Part shown: positions 1-7,892 of the stretch, one piece after another | Position numbering within the stretch: the stretch's first letter is position 1 | How the letters are laid out: the number at the start of each line of letters is the position of its first letter | Source: a virus | Taxonomy: Duplodnaviria; Caudoviricetes | DNA length: 64,000 nucleotides | IMG/VR virus record: IMGVR_UViG_3300027759_000043 | Reading direction: 5' to 3' (one strand) | Position numbers and translations under genes: made by a program | Notes under the pieces: model-generated | The model's input: the letters and a program-made list of their open reading frames with translations, nothing else | Databases searched by the model: none | Told to the model about the DNA's origin: nothing

Positions 1-21
1 CTTGTCATCTCAGCACAAAGG

Positions 22-50
22 TTGACAAATAATCAAAATAAATATATACT
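22..50 (+). promoter_or_regulatory. sigma70-type promoter of the tmRNA gene
   Basis: TTGACA (22-27), 17-bp spacer, TATACT (45-50); predicted start ~57, just before the tmRNA acceptor piece. Confidence 0.85.
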
Positions 51-57
51 GCTAGTT

Positions 58-340
58 ATTGCTGTATGAAGCAGATAAAAATGGATTCAAGACTCGGGGG
101 CAGTGCCCGAATGGTCCACCAGAAGCATAATCGATTGGCTCATAGCCAGTTGAGACATAAGAAACATGATTGTGCTTCTGGTGGGCCATACACAGGATCG
201 ATTGGGTCAGAAGTATTGAAGTGGACAGCACATCAGAGTAGATGTTAAAACTAAAAAAAAGTAAACGCAAACGACTCACAGTTCGCATTGGCCGCGTAAA
301 GTAGCCTAGGGTAGGAAATACCTCGTAACAGAAACCACCA
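58..340 (+). ncRNA. ssrA: circularly permuted (two-piece) tmRNA
   Basis: T-arm TCGGG-GGCAGTG-CCCGA (94-110) followed by ATGGTCC-A-CCA (111-121) lies upstream of the 5' acceptor strand GGGCCAT (183-189). The two strands pair with a G3.U70 alanine determinant. Intervening segment 122-182 is closed by a stem. Tag ORF GCA AAC GAC TCA CAG TTC GCA TTG GCC GCG TAA (267-299) = ANDSQFALAA*. Outer ends are approximate. Confidence 0.92.
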
Positions 341-367
341 AGCCCGCTTCGGCGGGCTTTTTCTTTT
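340..367 (+). terminator. Rho-independent terminator after tmRNA
   Basis: AAGCCCGC-TTCG-GCGGGCTT hairpin followed by a T-rich run. Confidence 0.9.
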
Positions 368-374
368 ATAAATA
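367..374 (+). promoter_or_regulatory. T4-type late promoter TATAAATA
   Basis: Exact T4 late -10 element, 6 nt before the ATG at 381; a gp55-like sigma factor is encoded in the window. Confidence 0.6.
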
Positions 375-380
375 TCCCTG

Positions 381-1112
381 ATGAAACCTGTCTTAATCCT
401 GCAACACCAAACACCTGAGCGACCTGCTTATCTTGTGACATGGTTGACGCAACACAATATTGAATATGAAACACGCTGTGCTGGTGCAGGTCAAGAATTC
501 CCCCAATCAATAGAACCTTATTCAGCCTTGGCTGTGATGGGTGGCGGTATGAGTGCTAATGATCCGTTATTGTCAAACCGTCAAGCCGAGATCTTAATCC
601 TGCAGGCCATGCGCCGGGATCGTCCAGTAATAGGACATTGCTTGGGTGGGCAACTCATGAGTCGCGCACTGGGTGGTGTTATCAGCACATCACCACAGCC
701 TGAAATAGGTTGGCAACCCATTGACTATGAACAGGTTCCCGAAGTAACAGAGTGGTTTGGTAACAATCCTACTCCACGTGTGATACAGTGGCACTATGAA
801 ACTTTCAGCATACCTGAAGGTGCCACACGGCTAGCAGGTTCCACAGCCTGTCCAAATCAAGCCTGGGCCATGGGTCCACATTTGGCCATGCAGTTTCACA
901 TAGAAATGGATGAGATCAAAGCACGGGAATGGGTCGGAGATGAAGATCCCAAATGGGCCGCGGCCCGAGCACAATACGTTACTGTGCAAGACAGTCAAGC
1001 AATTGTGGCGGGAATCCAACCACATTTGACACAGCATCAAGCCACTGCTGATCATGTTTACCGAACTTGGCTAAAAAACACAAATTGGAACGCTGCCTTG
1101 TCAACTAACTAG
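381..1112 (+). CDS. class I glutamine amidotransferase-like protein
   Basis: VMGGGMS oxyanion strand, GHCLGGQL nucleophile elbow, QWHYETF, QFHIE (His-x-Glu). Confidence 0.85.
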   Translation: MKPVLILQHQTPERPAYLVTWLTQHNIEYETRCAGAGQEFPQSIEPYSALAVMGGGMSANDPLLSNRQAEILILQAMRRDRPVIGHCLGGQLMSRALGGVISTSPQPEIGWQPIDYEQVPEVTEWFGNNPTPRVIQWHYETFSIPEGATRLAGSTACPNQAWAMGPHLAMQFHIEMDEIKAREWVGDEDPKWAAARAQYVTVQDSQAIVAGIQPHLTQHQATADHVYRTWLKNTNWNAALSTN

Positions 1113-1151
1113 AGCCCTAAGGCGTTGTATATGTATGTCAAGGAGACATTG

Positions 1152-1307
1152 ATGATACATGCTACCAAATGTGACAGTCAGGACAAGCCCGGCAAAAATG
1201 AAATACCAAAGTCCATGATCAACTGGATGCGAGTTCGAGATTGTCCAGACTGTGATCGCAAACGAACCACTGTTTGTAAAGATCCCACTTGCAGTCGTCG
1301 AAAGTAA
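1152..1307 (+). CDS. small Cys-rich hypothetical protein
   Basis: AGGAG at 1141-1145 before ATG 1152; CPDC and CKDPTC motifs, possibly zinc binding. Confidence 0.5.
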   Translation: MIHATKCDSQDKPGKNEIPKSMINWMRVRDCPDCDRKRTTVCKDPTCSRRK

Positions 1308-1321
1308 TCCTACCAAACCGG

Positions 1322-1349
1322 TTGATTTCCTACACAATTCCTGTATAAT
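1322..1349 (+). promoter_or_regulatory. sigma70-like promoter
   Basis: TTGATT, 16-bp spacer, TATAAT; ATG at 1357 follows after 7 nt. Confidence 0.55.
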
Positions 1350-1356
1350 ACCATGT

Positions 1357-1599
1357 ATGGGAACGCAAACAGACTATTTCGAACGCATAGGTTACCGGGC
1401 CCAGTACCAGATAGGCGATAGAGTATTTGGGCACTGGAACTCAATTCCGTTTGTGGGCACTGTGGGCAACGACCGCGTGATTGACAAGACCGGCCCACAA
1501 GTGACCATTCATTTAGATCTACCCATACATCATGACCAACAAACACGCAATGTGGTTATTGTTCAACACAAAGATATCACCAAACTTAAAGAAATGTAA
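1357..1599 (+). CDS. hypothetical phage protein
   Basis: In-frame ATG of ORF 1252..1599 just downstream of the promoter; 80 aa. Confidence 0.65.
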   Translation: MGTQTDYFERIGYRAQYQIGDRVFGHWNSIPFVGTVGNDRVIDKTGPQVTIHLDLPIHHDQQTRNVVIVQHKDITKLKEM

Positions 1600-1608
1600 A
1601 GGAAACCC

Positions 1609-1848
1609 ATGTCAAGACTCAGCAGTGAATTAGCAGTGGAACGAATTGGCAATCGTTATGATTTGATCCTAGTGGCCAGTCGACGTGCCCGAGAACTCAG
1701 CCGCGGCGATCGGCCCCGGGTTGATCCAGGACAGAGCAATATCAGCACAGCCCTGCTGGAAATCGAGCAAGGTGCTGTAGATCGCAGTTATCTCTATAAA
1801 AATCAAGATTTAGCCGCCACAAGCCATCATAGGAAATATCAATCATGA
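1609..1848 (+). CDS. rpoZ: DNA-directed RNA polymerase omega subunit (phage-encoded)
   Basis: MSRLSSELAVERIGNRYDLILVASRRAREL...ALLEIEQG matches the omega signature (IGNRFDLVLVAARRARQ...ALREIEEG); AAGGA RBS. Confidence 0.88.
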   Translation: MSRLSSELAVERIGNRYDLILVASRRARELSRGDRPRVDPGQSNISTALLEIEQGAVDRSYLYKNQDLAATSHHRKYQS

Positions 1849-2006
1849 TCAAACCCGGAAGCACTTATAAAATGAGTCGTGCCAATAAAGTGATGTTGGC
1901 TTCATATGTTGACCGTAACAAGCGTGGCGAAATCAAACGCACAGTGATTCAGGCAGATCTTTATGGTCGTCAGTTCACGCCCAAAAATCGTGACACGAAT
2001 AAATAA
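1845..2006 (+). CDS. 53-aa hypothetical protein (absent from ORF track)
   Basis: ATGA overlap with the rpoZ stop; MIKPGSTYKMSRANKVMLASYVDRNKRGEIKRTVIQADLYGRQFTPKNRDTNK*. Confidence 0.6.
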   Translation: MIKPGSTYKMSRANKVMLASYVDRNKRGEIKRTVIQADLYGRQFTPKNRDTNK

Positions 2007-2022
2007 ACACTATAGTTGTCTC

Positions 2023-2472
2023 ATGTATAAATCACGATATATACAGTATATACATCTGCCAACAATACCTCAAGATATTGTAGCAGAGGCGGTGTCCAAT
2101 ATTCCGTTGCACCTTAATAATAGCATTCCTAGTATTAATGACACTTATTATTGGTCCGATTTTGACAACAGACAATTAGATTCTTGGTGCAAGTCCAATA
2201 TCTGTCAGGATATATACTTTGCTTTTCAACTCATAACCGGCAACTTGTCATTGCACAAGGACAATATAACAAAGACTAAATTCAATTATCTTATACAAAC
2301 TGGCGGTGATTCAGTAATCACTACGTTTTATAACAACAATAAAGAAATAATTGAGTCCTATTCGATAGAGATCAACCGTTGGCATATAATCAAAGTTGAC
2401 ACATATCATAGTGTAAGCAATGTGCAACCTGGGCAAATAAGATTTTCAGTTACTGGTCGAATTTTTGAATAA
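2023..2472 (+). CDS. putative 2OG-Fe(II) oxygenase / cupin-fold protein
   Basis: LHKD...YHSV...RFSVT arrangement (HxD...H...R); AT-rich. Confidence 0.55.
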   Translation: MYKSRYIQYIHLPTIPQDIVAEAVSNIPLHLNNSIPSINDTYYWSDFDNRQLDSWCKSNICQDIYFAFQLITGNLSLHKDNITKTKFNYLIQTGGDSVITTFYNNNKEIIESYSIEINRWHIIKVDTYHSVSNVQPGQIRFSVTGRIFE

Positions 2473-2544
2473 ACCAATTTAGCCAAAATCAAAAATTAAG
2501 CCCAAAGTATTACCTTAAAAAAGTAATACTCTAGTACTACAAAA

Positions 2545-2572
2545 ACCCTGCAGAAATGTGGGGTATTTTTTT
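2545..2572 (+). terminator. putative terminator hairpin with GAAA loop
   Basis: ACCCTGCA-GAAA-TGTGGGGT (two G.U pairs) followed by a T-run and preceded by an A-run. Confidence 0.6.
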
Positions 2573-2574
2573 GG

Positions 2575-2603
2575 TTGACCGAATATTCCCTTTTTGCTAT
2601 AAT
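2575..2603 (+). promoter_or_regulatory. sigma70 promoter with extended -10
   Basis: TTGACC, 17-bp spacer, TGc-TATAAT; AAGGAG RBS before 2635. Confidence 0.85.
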
Positions 2604-2634
2604 ACTTGTATAGAAACTAAAAAGGAGTCAAAAA

Positions 2635-2895
2635 ATGAGTTATATGTCCACTGTACGTGCATTCGCAGAAGATGCCGCCCGTTCCCAAGTTTACGGGGGA
2701 CAACGCCGTCTTCAAAGTTACGGTCAAACCAGTTACATGCTGGGCGTAGGTATTGTGCGTTTTCGCAATGCAATTGACAAAGTAATGCCACAATATGTTG
2801 CAAAATTTGAAGCAGAAAAAATTGCTAGACAAATTGCCGAATTAGAGCGTGCCGGTTATACAGTAACCAAAAACACAGAAACAGTAGGAGCCTAA
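2635..2895 (+). CDS. hypothetical phage protein
   Basis: Strong RBS and promoter; 86 aa. Confidence 0.7.
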   Translation: MSYMSTVRAFAEDAARSQVYGGQRRLQSYGQTSYMLGVGIVRFRNAIDKVMPQYVAKFEAEKIARQIAELERAGYTVTKNTETVGA

Positions 2896-2897
2896 AA

Positions 2898-3362
2898 ATG
2901 GGAACTCGTAGTCGTATCGCAGTCATGCATGGTGAAGTCTGTAAATCAGTTTATTGCCATTGGGATGGCTATTTGGAACACAACGGTGCTATCTTGCAGG
3001 AACACTATGATTCAAGCAAGGCCAATCAGTTGGTTGCCATGGGCGACTTGAGTAGCCTGCGTCCCGAGATTGGTGTCAAGCATCCTTTCTCTAGTTTGGA
3101 TCCCGAAGCCGGTAGCGACTACGATCAACGCTATGGCAACATGTGTACCTTTTACGATCGTGATCGTGGTGAAACAGACTGCACTTGGAGCGTTGATCAT
3201 ACGTTTGAAGACTTTTTGGCCCGTGCCCGAGATTGCTGTGCCGAGTTTTACTATGTGATGAAAGATGGTGAGTGGTATGTGGGCGACACTTATGGCTCAA
3301 CTGAGTTAAGTAATCGATTAACGCCACTTGCCCAAGCCATGCAAGCCGTAGAAACTGTTTGA
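2898..3362 (+). CDS. conserved phage hypothetical protein (HWDGY motif)
   Basis: MGTRSRIAV...SVYCHWDGY motif common in phage early proteins; AGGAG RBS. Confidence 0.75.
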   Translation: MGTRSRIAVMHGEVCKSVYCHWDGYLEHNGAILQEHYDSSKANQLVAMGDLSSLRPEIGVKHPFSSLDPEAGSDYDQRYGNMCTFYDRDRGETDCTWSVDHTFEDFLARARDCCAEFYYVMKDGEWYVGDTYGSTELSNRLTPLAQAMQAVETV

Positions 3363-3387
3363 CACAAAATTGCATTTCGCATATAAT
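3359..3387 (+). promoter_or_regulatory. sigma70 promoter
   Basis: TTGACA, 17-bp spacer, TATAAT (perfect consensus). Confidence 0.9.
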
Positions 3388-3417
3388 TGACTTATCTTAA
3401 CTAGCAAAGGAAACACA

Positions 3418-4500
3418 ATGTCAGAATCCCGTACAGTCACAGCCGTGCAGGCTCGTAAAAGTTTGCTCCGTGCATTCAAGGTTCAACGTCCCTTGTTCTT
3501 GTGGGGGCCTCCCGGTATTGGCAAGAGTGAACTGGTAGAAGGTATCACTCGAGAACTTGGTGGCTTGATGATTGACTTGCGTTTGGGACAAATGGAGCCA
3601 ACAGACATCCGTGGTATTCCTTTTTACAACAAGGACATTGGCAAGATGGACTGGGCTGAGCCTGTGGAACTGCCTGATGAGGCCACTGCCAGCCAGTATC
3701 CTGTTGTGGTGTTGTTCCTAGACGAACTTAACTCAGCCGCACCCTCTGTCCAGAGTGCCGCTTATCAACTAATTTTGAATCGACGCATTGGCAAGTATAA
3801 GTTACCTGACAATGTTGTGATGGTTGCCGCAGGTAACCGTGAAAGCGACAAAGGTGTTACTTATAGAATGCCAACTCCCTTGGCAAATCGCTTTATCCAC
3901 CAAGAAATGAAGGTGGACTTTCCTTCCTGGCAAGAGTGGGCGGTGAACAACAACATCCACAAAGACGTGGTGGGTTACTTGAGTTTTGCCAAGCAAGACT
4001 TATATGACTTTGATGCCAAGAGTGCAAGCCGTGCATTTGCTACACCACGCTCTTGGACCTTTGTGAGCCAGTTACTGGACGAGGAAGAAGACAATGACAC
4101 TGTGACCAACTTGATTGCTGGTACAGTTGGCGAGGGTCTTGCTGTGAAGTTCATGGCACACCGCAAGGTTGCAAGCAAGATGCCTAACCCCAGCGACATC
4201 TTGAGTGGCAAGGTCAAGGACTTGAATGTAAAAGAAGTCAGTGCCATGTACAGCCTGGTGATCTCCATGTGCTATGAACTTAAAGGTGCAGTGGAGACCA
4301 AAGTAGAGGACAAGAAGTTCCATGAAATGAGTGACAACTTCTTTGGTTACATGATGAAGAACTTTGAGACCGAGTTGGTTGTGATGGGTGCTAGAATTGC
4401 ACTTACCACATACAACTTACCGTTCCAACCCAGCAAGTTGAAGAACTTTGATGAGTTCCATCAGCGTTATGGCAAGTACATCTTGCAGGCGTCAGCCTAA
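3418..4500 (+). CDS. MoxR-type AAA+ ATPase
   Basis: Walker A GPPGIGKS, Walker B LFLDE, VAAGN sensor, LANRF arginine finger, ATPRSW. Confidence 0.9.
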   Translation: MSESRTVTAVQARKSLLRAFKVQRPLFLWGPPGIGKSELVEGITRELGGLMIDLRLGQMEPTDIRGIPFYNKDIGKMDWAEPVELPDEATASQYPVVVLFLDELNSAAPSVQSAAYQLILNRRIGKYKLPDNVVMVAAGNRESDKGVTYRMPTPLANRFIHQEMKVDFPSWQEWAVNNNIHKDVVGYLSFAKQDLYDFDAKSASRAFATPRSWTFVSQLLDEEEDNDTVTNLIAGTVGEGLAVKFMAHRKVASKMPNPSDILSGKVKDLNVKEVSAMYSLVISMCYELKGAVETKVEDKKFHEMSDNFFGYMMKNFETELVVMGARIALTTYNLPFQPSKLKNFDEFHQRYGKYILQASA

Positions 4501-4524
4501 TCAATACAGAAAGATAGTACATAC

Positions 4525-5271
4525 ATGGTAGCCAAAATTAGAAAATTGACATTTAGTCCGGCGTTTCCGCAAACTCATTCAACAAAATTTACCAATTTAT
4601 TGGTCAGTGGTGGAAGTTATGTCTGGAATAATTCTGAAGATCATGTGTGTACTTGGCCTTACGTGTTGAAAGATCTAGCGGGCTTTCAAGAAGTGTATGA
4701 TTGCAGTCAGAGCGGAGCGGGTCCAACTCATGTGTTCAATAGTATAATCAATGAGATAGAAACAAATAAAGATTTGAACTCTGATAACACAATAATAATT
4801 GTCATGCTGTCAGACATGTCTATTACTGATACTATTACAATCAAAAGTATTACAAAAACATGGCACCACATGAGCAATTATGATTTCAATGATCAATTTA
4901 GTACGTTGACCTTGTTTAAAGAAATTGCTCATAAAGATTCTTCAAATTCTTCTTTAGAAAAACTTTGTGTTGAGTATGCTAAACATATTGATTTTGATGC
5001 TCAAGTTTATGAGAACTTGATCAAAATCAAAGCATTACATGCCTATCTCAATGCAAAAAAATTCCAAACAATTTATCTGCATTGGAATACTGCAGAGATA
5101 CCGGATTTAAACAATTATTTGGATCAAATCGAGTCGTTGGACCATTGGACTCAACATAACAATATGAGAATACCTGGAGATCCGCATCCTGCACCCGAGG
5201 CACACCTGACTTGGACTAGAAATGTATTGGTTCCGTATCTTGAAGATAAAAAACTAATAGATAAAATATAA
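4525..5271 (+). CDS. SGNH/GDSL-like hypothetical protein
   Basis: LLVSGGSY N-terminal Ser motif and C-terminal GDPHP; AT-rich compared with neighbours. Confidence 0.55.
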   Translation: MVAKIRKLTFSPAFPQTHSTKFTNLLVSGGSYVWNNSEDHVCTWPYVLKDLAGFQEVYDCSQSGAGPTHVFNSIINEIETNKDLNSDNTIIIVMLSDMSITDTITIKSITKTWHHMSNYDFNDQFSTLTLFKEIAHKDSSNSSLEKLCVEYAKHIDFDAQVYENLIKIKALHAYLNAKKFQTIYLHWNTAEIPDLNNYLDQIESLDHWTQHNNMRIPGDPHPAPEAHLTWTRNVLVPYLEDKKLIDKI

Positions 5272-5304
5272 ATGATCCGGTTATAAAAAGTATTATTTTT
5301 GTGT

Positions 5305-5333
5305 TTGACTATAAATTCATGAAATGCTATAAT
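5305..5333 (+). promoter_or_regulatory. sigma70 promoter with extended -10
   Basis: TTGACT, 17-bp spacer, TGc-TATAAT; AAGGA RBS before 5360. Confidence 0.85.
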
Positions 5334-5359
5334 ATACACATACACAACAAAGGACACCA

Positions 5360-6628
5360 ATGACAACAACCACAGTATCAAAAGAAGACGCTAAAAAGTT
5401 CGCTAATCTTATTGGGCCAATGGATGCCAAACTAGATCGCGAAGTACGTGAAATTTTAATTACTGCTCGTGTGGGCCTGTTGTTAAAAGCGTCATTCTTT
5501 GGCAACCTTGCTACTCGTTTAAAACTAGTAAACGCAGATGAGTGGTGTGCTACTGCCGCAACAGACGGCCGCAATTTCTACTACAATAGTCGTTTCATTA
5601 AAATGTTGAGGCCCAAAGAAGTTGAGTTCCTGTTTGGACATGAGGTATTGCATTGTGTTTATGATCACTTTGGACGTAGAGGTGATCGCGATCCACAGTT
5701 GTGGAACATTGCAGACGACTTCTGTGTGAACGCAGACTTGAAGAAACACCATGTGGGCGAGTTTATTACGTCAGTGCCATGTTTGTATGATCACAAATAT
5801 GACGGCATGAGTGCAGAAGAAGTGTATGATATCTTGTATGAAAAAGCAGACAAGATTGATATCAGTAGCCTGTTGGACAAGATGATCGACGAGCACATGG
5901 ATGGTGACGACGAGCAAGATGGTGGTGGCAATGGTGACCAAGAAGGCAAAGGTCGTCCACGTTTGAGTAAAGAAGAACGTCAACAGATCAAGGATGAAAT
6001 CAAAGAAGCCATGTTGGCAGCCGCAAGTGCAAGTGATGCAGGCAACATTCCAGCAGGTGTCAAGCGTCTTATACAAGAGTTGACCGAGCCCAAGATGAAC
6101 TGGCGTGAACTTTTGCGTATGCAATTGGAGAGCACTATCAAATCGGACTTTACTTGGATGCGGGCTAGTCGCAAAGGTTGGCACATGGATGCTGTGATGC
6201 CGGGCATGAAGGTAGATCCCATGATTGATATTGCTATTGCAATTGACGCATCAGGTTCAATTGGTGAACGCATGCTCAAGGACTTTTTAGGTGAGATCCA
6301 AGGCATTATGGATTCGTTCCCTGCGTATCGTATTCATTTGTTTACATTTGACACTGATGCATACAATCCTGCACAATATGATTCAGATAACTTGGATGAC
6401 ATTTGTGACTATGAAGTTGCAGGTGGCGGCGGTACTGACTTTGATTGTATCTTCAAGTATTTGAAAGACAATGAGATTGAACCCAAGCGTCTTGTGGTGT
6501 TTACAGACGGCTACCCATTTGGTTCGTGGGGTGATGAGAACTATGCAGACACTGTTTGGATCTTGCACGGTACTACGACTATTGAACCACCCTGGGGCCA
6601 ATATGCCTACTACGACGAGGCCGAGTAA
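5360..6628 (+). CDS. metallopeptidase-like (HExxH) plus VWA-domain protein, partner of MoxR ATPase
   Basis: AATDG...HEVLH zinc motif; C-terminal MIDAS DASGS, GGGGTDF, FTDG. Confidence 0.88.
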   Translation: MTTTTVSKEDAKKFANLIGPMDAKLDREVREILITARVGLLLKASFFGNLATRLKLVNADEWCATAATDGRNFYYNSRFIKMLRPKEVEFLFGHEVLHCVYDHFGRRGDRDPQLWNIADDFCVNADLKKHHVGEFITSVPCLYDHKYDGMSAEEVYDILYEKADKIDISSLLDKMIDEHMDGDDEQDGGGNGDQEGKGRPRLSKEERQQIKDEIKEAMLAAASASDAGNIPAGVKRLIQELTEPKMNWRELLRMQLESTIKSDFTWMRASRKGWHMDAVMPGMKVDPMIDIAIAIDASGSIGERMLKDFLGEIQGIMDSFPAYRIHLFTFDTDAYNPAQYDSDNLDDICDYEVAGGGGTDFDCIFKYLKDNEIEPKRLVVFTDGYPFGSWGDENYADTVWILHGTTTIEPPWGQYAYYDEAE

Positions 6629-6843
6629 TGGACCCGCGCATTGAAGAACTTGCACTCAAGTGCGGTGCTTGGAATCAAGTGTATGGCAACAGAACATTCA
6701 TGATTGACGAGCACTTTGATATTGAGAAGTTCGCCCAGTTGATTGTTCGGGAATGTGCCGCAGAAGCCGACAAGCAAACCATTTACTGTAGAGGTATTCC
6801 TTGGGGTAGATGGATTAAAGAACATTTTGGACTCCAAAATTAG
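6628..6843 (+). CDS. hypothetical phage protein
   Basis: TAATG coupling; FAQLIVRECA motif common in small phage proteins. Confidence 0.65.
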   Translation: MDPRIEELALKCGAWNQVYGNRTFMIDEHFDIEKFAQLIVRECAAEADKQTIYCRGIPWGRWIKEHFGLQN

Positions 6844-6859
6844 GAGTGCCAATTTTACC

Positions 6860-6896
6860 AAAATCCCCGTAAAAAAATGACTACGGGGATTTTTTG
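6860..6896 (+). terminator. Rho-independent terminator (possibly bidirectional)
   Basis: AAAATCCCCGTA ... TACGGGGATTTT inverted repeat with T-run. Confidence 0.85.
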
Positions 6897-6910
6897 TTGT
6901 AAATATCTAC

Positions 6911-7153
6911 ATGAACGACACAAATGAATCAACACAATTCACTATTGCTGATCTTGCTGGAATACGCAACATCATCGACCTGGCTTGCCAGCGTGGCGCT
7001 TTTCGTGGGGAAGAAATGAAGGACGTGGGGTTGGTATTTGAACGCCTCACTAACTTTATTATCAGTGCCCAGGAAGCCGCCGAAGCACAAGCCCAGGCTC
7101 CGGACGCTGAACAAGAGCCTACCGAGCCAGCCACACCAACTCAAGGAGAATAG
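6911..7153 (+). CDS. hypothetical protein
   Basis: 80 aa; TAAATA at 6900-6905, 5 nt upstream of the ATG. Confidence 0.7.
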   Translation: MNDTNESTQFTIADLAGIRNIIDLACQRGAFRGEEMKDVGLVFERLTNFIISAQEAAEAQAQAPDAEQEPTEPATPTQGE

Positions 7154-7154
7154 C

Positions 7155-7892
7155 ATGGCATTTTTAAAACACATAGGCAAACATGGCGACCGTAAGGTTG
7201 TTATTATTTTTAGACAGATTCCAGGTGACGAGCACATGTGCTTGTGCATCTATCCAGACTTGTTGGCATCACACTGGCACGATACCATTATGAAGGTATT
7301 GGAAAGTCCCGTGGGGCAGGCCGCTGAAGAGTTTGCTGACGCACTCAACCGCAACCTCCTACCTGATGGTCGTAACATCCTGGGCGCATTACACGCTGAG
7401 CGCATGATGAAACGTGTGAACACCGAACAAGTGTTAATGACCCCCACCATCAACAGCAACGTCAAACTTGTGGAACTCAACAAGATCCTTAACGAGATGA
7501 AAAAGGGTGAAGACGCTGTGCGCAAGATGGCCGAGATTGACGGGGCAAGAGGCTTGGTTGATCCCAAACAAAAACGTGCCGCTGAAGCACAATACAAATC
7601 CGAACAACAAGCACCCAAGGCACAGTCAGGTTATACTGCCGCGCCAACAGATGGTGCTTTAGATGACAAGAGTCTGGCTGCCAACATGCTGACACAGGCT
7701 GTTCGTATGCATAATGAAGCCACTAGCATGATCAATGAAGCCGCACGTATGCGCAAAGAAGCAGAGAAAATGTTTCCTGGTGTTAAAATGATGGACCTTC
7801 CCAAGATGGCACCAATGCCCACAGTAGAAACAGAAGCACCTGCGCCTAAAAAGCGTGGACGTAAACCTGCTGTGGCTCATGCAACTCAGTGA
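7155..7892 (+). CDS. hypothetical protein
   Basis: AAGGAG RBS before ATG 7155 (in frame with the ORF-track start at 7038); basic Pro-rich tail. Confidence 0.75.
   Translation: MAFLKHIGKHGDRKVVIIFRQIPGDEHMCLCIYPDLLASHWHDTIMKVLESPVGQAAEEFADALNRNLLPDGRNILGALHAERMMKRVNTEQVLMTPTINSNVKLVELNKILNEMKKGEDAVRKMAEIDGARGLVDPKQKRAAEAQYKSEQQAPKAQSGYTAAPTDGALDDKSLAANMLTQAVRMHNEATSMINEAARMRKEAEKMFPGVKMMDLPKMAPMPTVETEAPAPKKRGRKPAVAHATQ

Noticed and set aside
94-121. Possible stand-alone tRNA-Ala
   Set aside because: There is no anticodon arm, the 5' acceptor strand lies downstream, and a tag ORF is present, so tmRNA explains it better
66-248. 60-aa plus-strand ORF and 152-aa minus-strand ORF (52..510) over the tmRNA
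   Set aside because: They overlap a well-supported structured RNA and have no recognisable motif or RBS; treated as spurious
5771-6306. Antisense ORFs of 100-180 aa within core genes (also 7250..7618, 23827..24372, 51251..51733 and others)
   Set aside because: They are shadow frames opposite well-supported genes and lack motifs and translation signals
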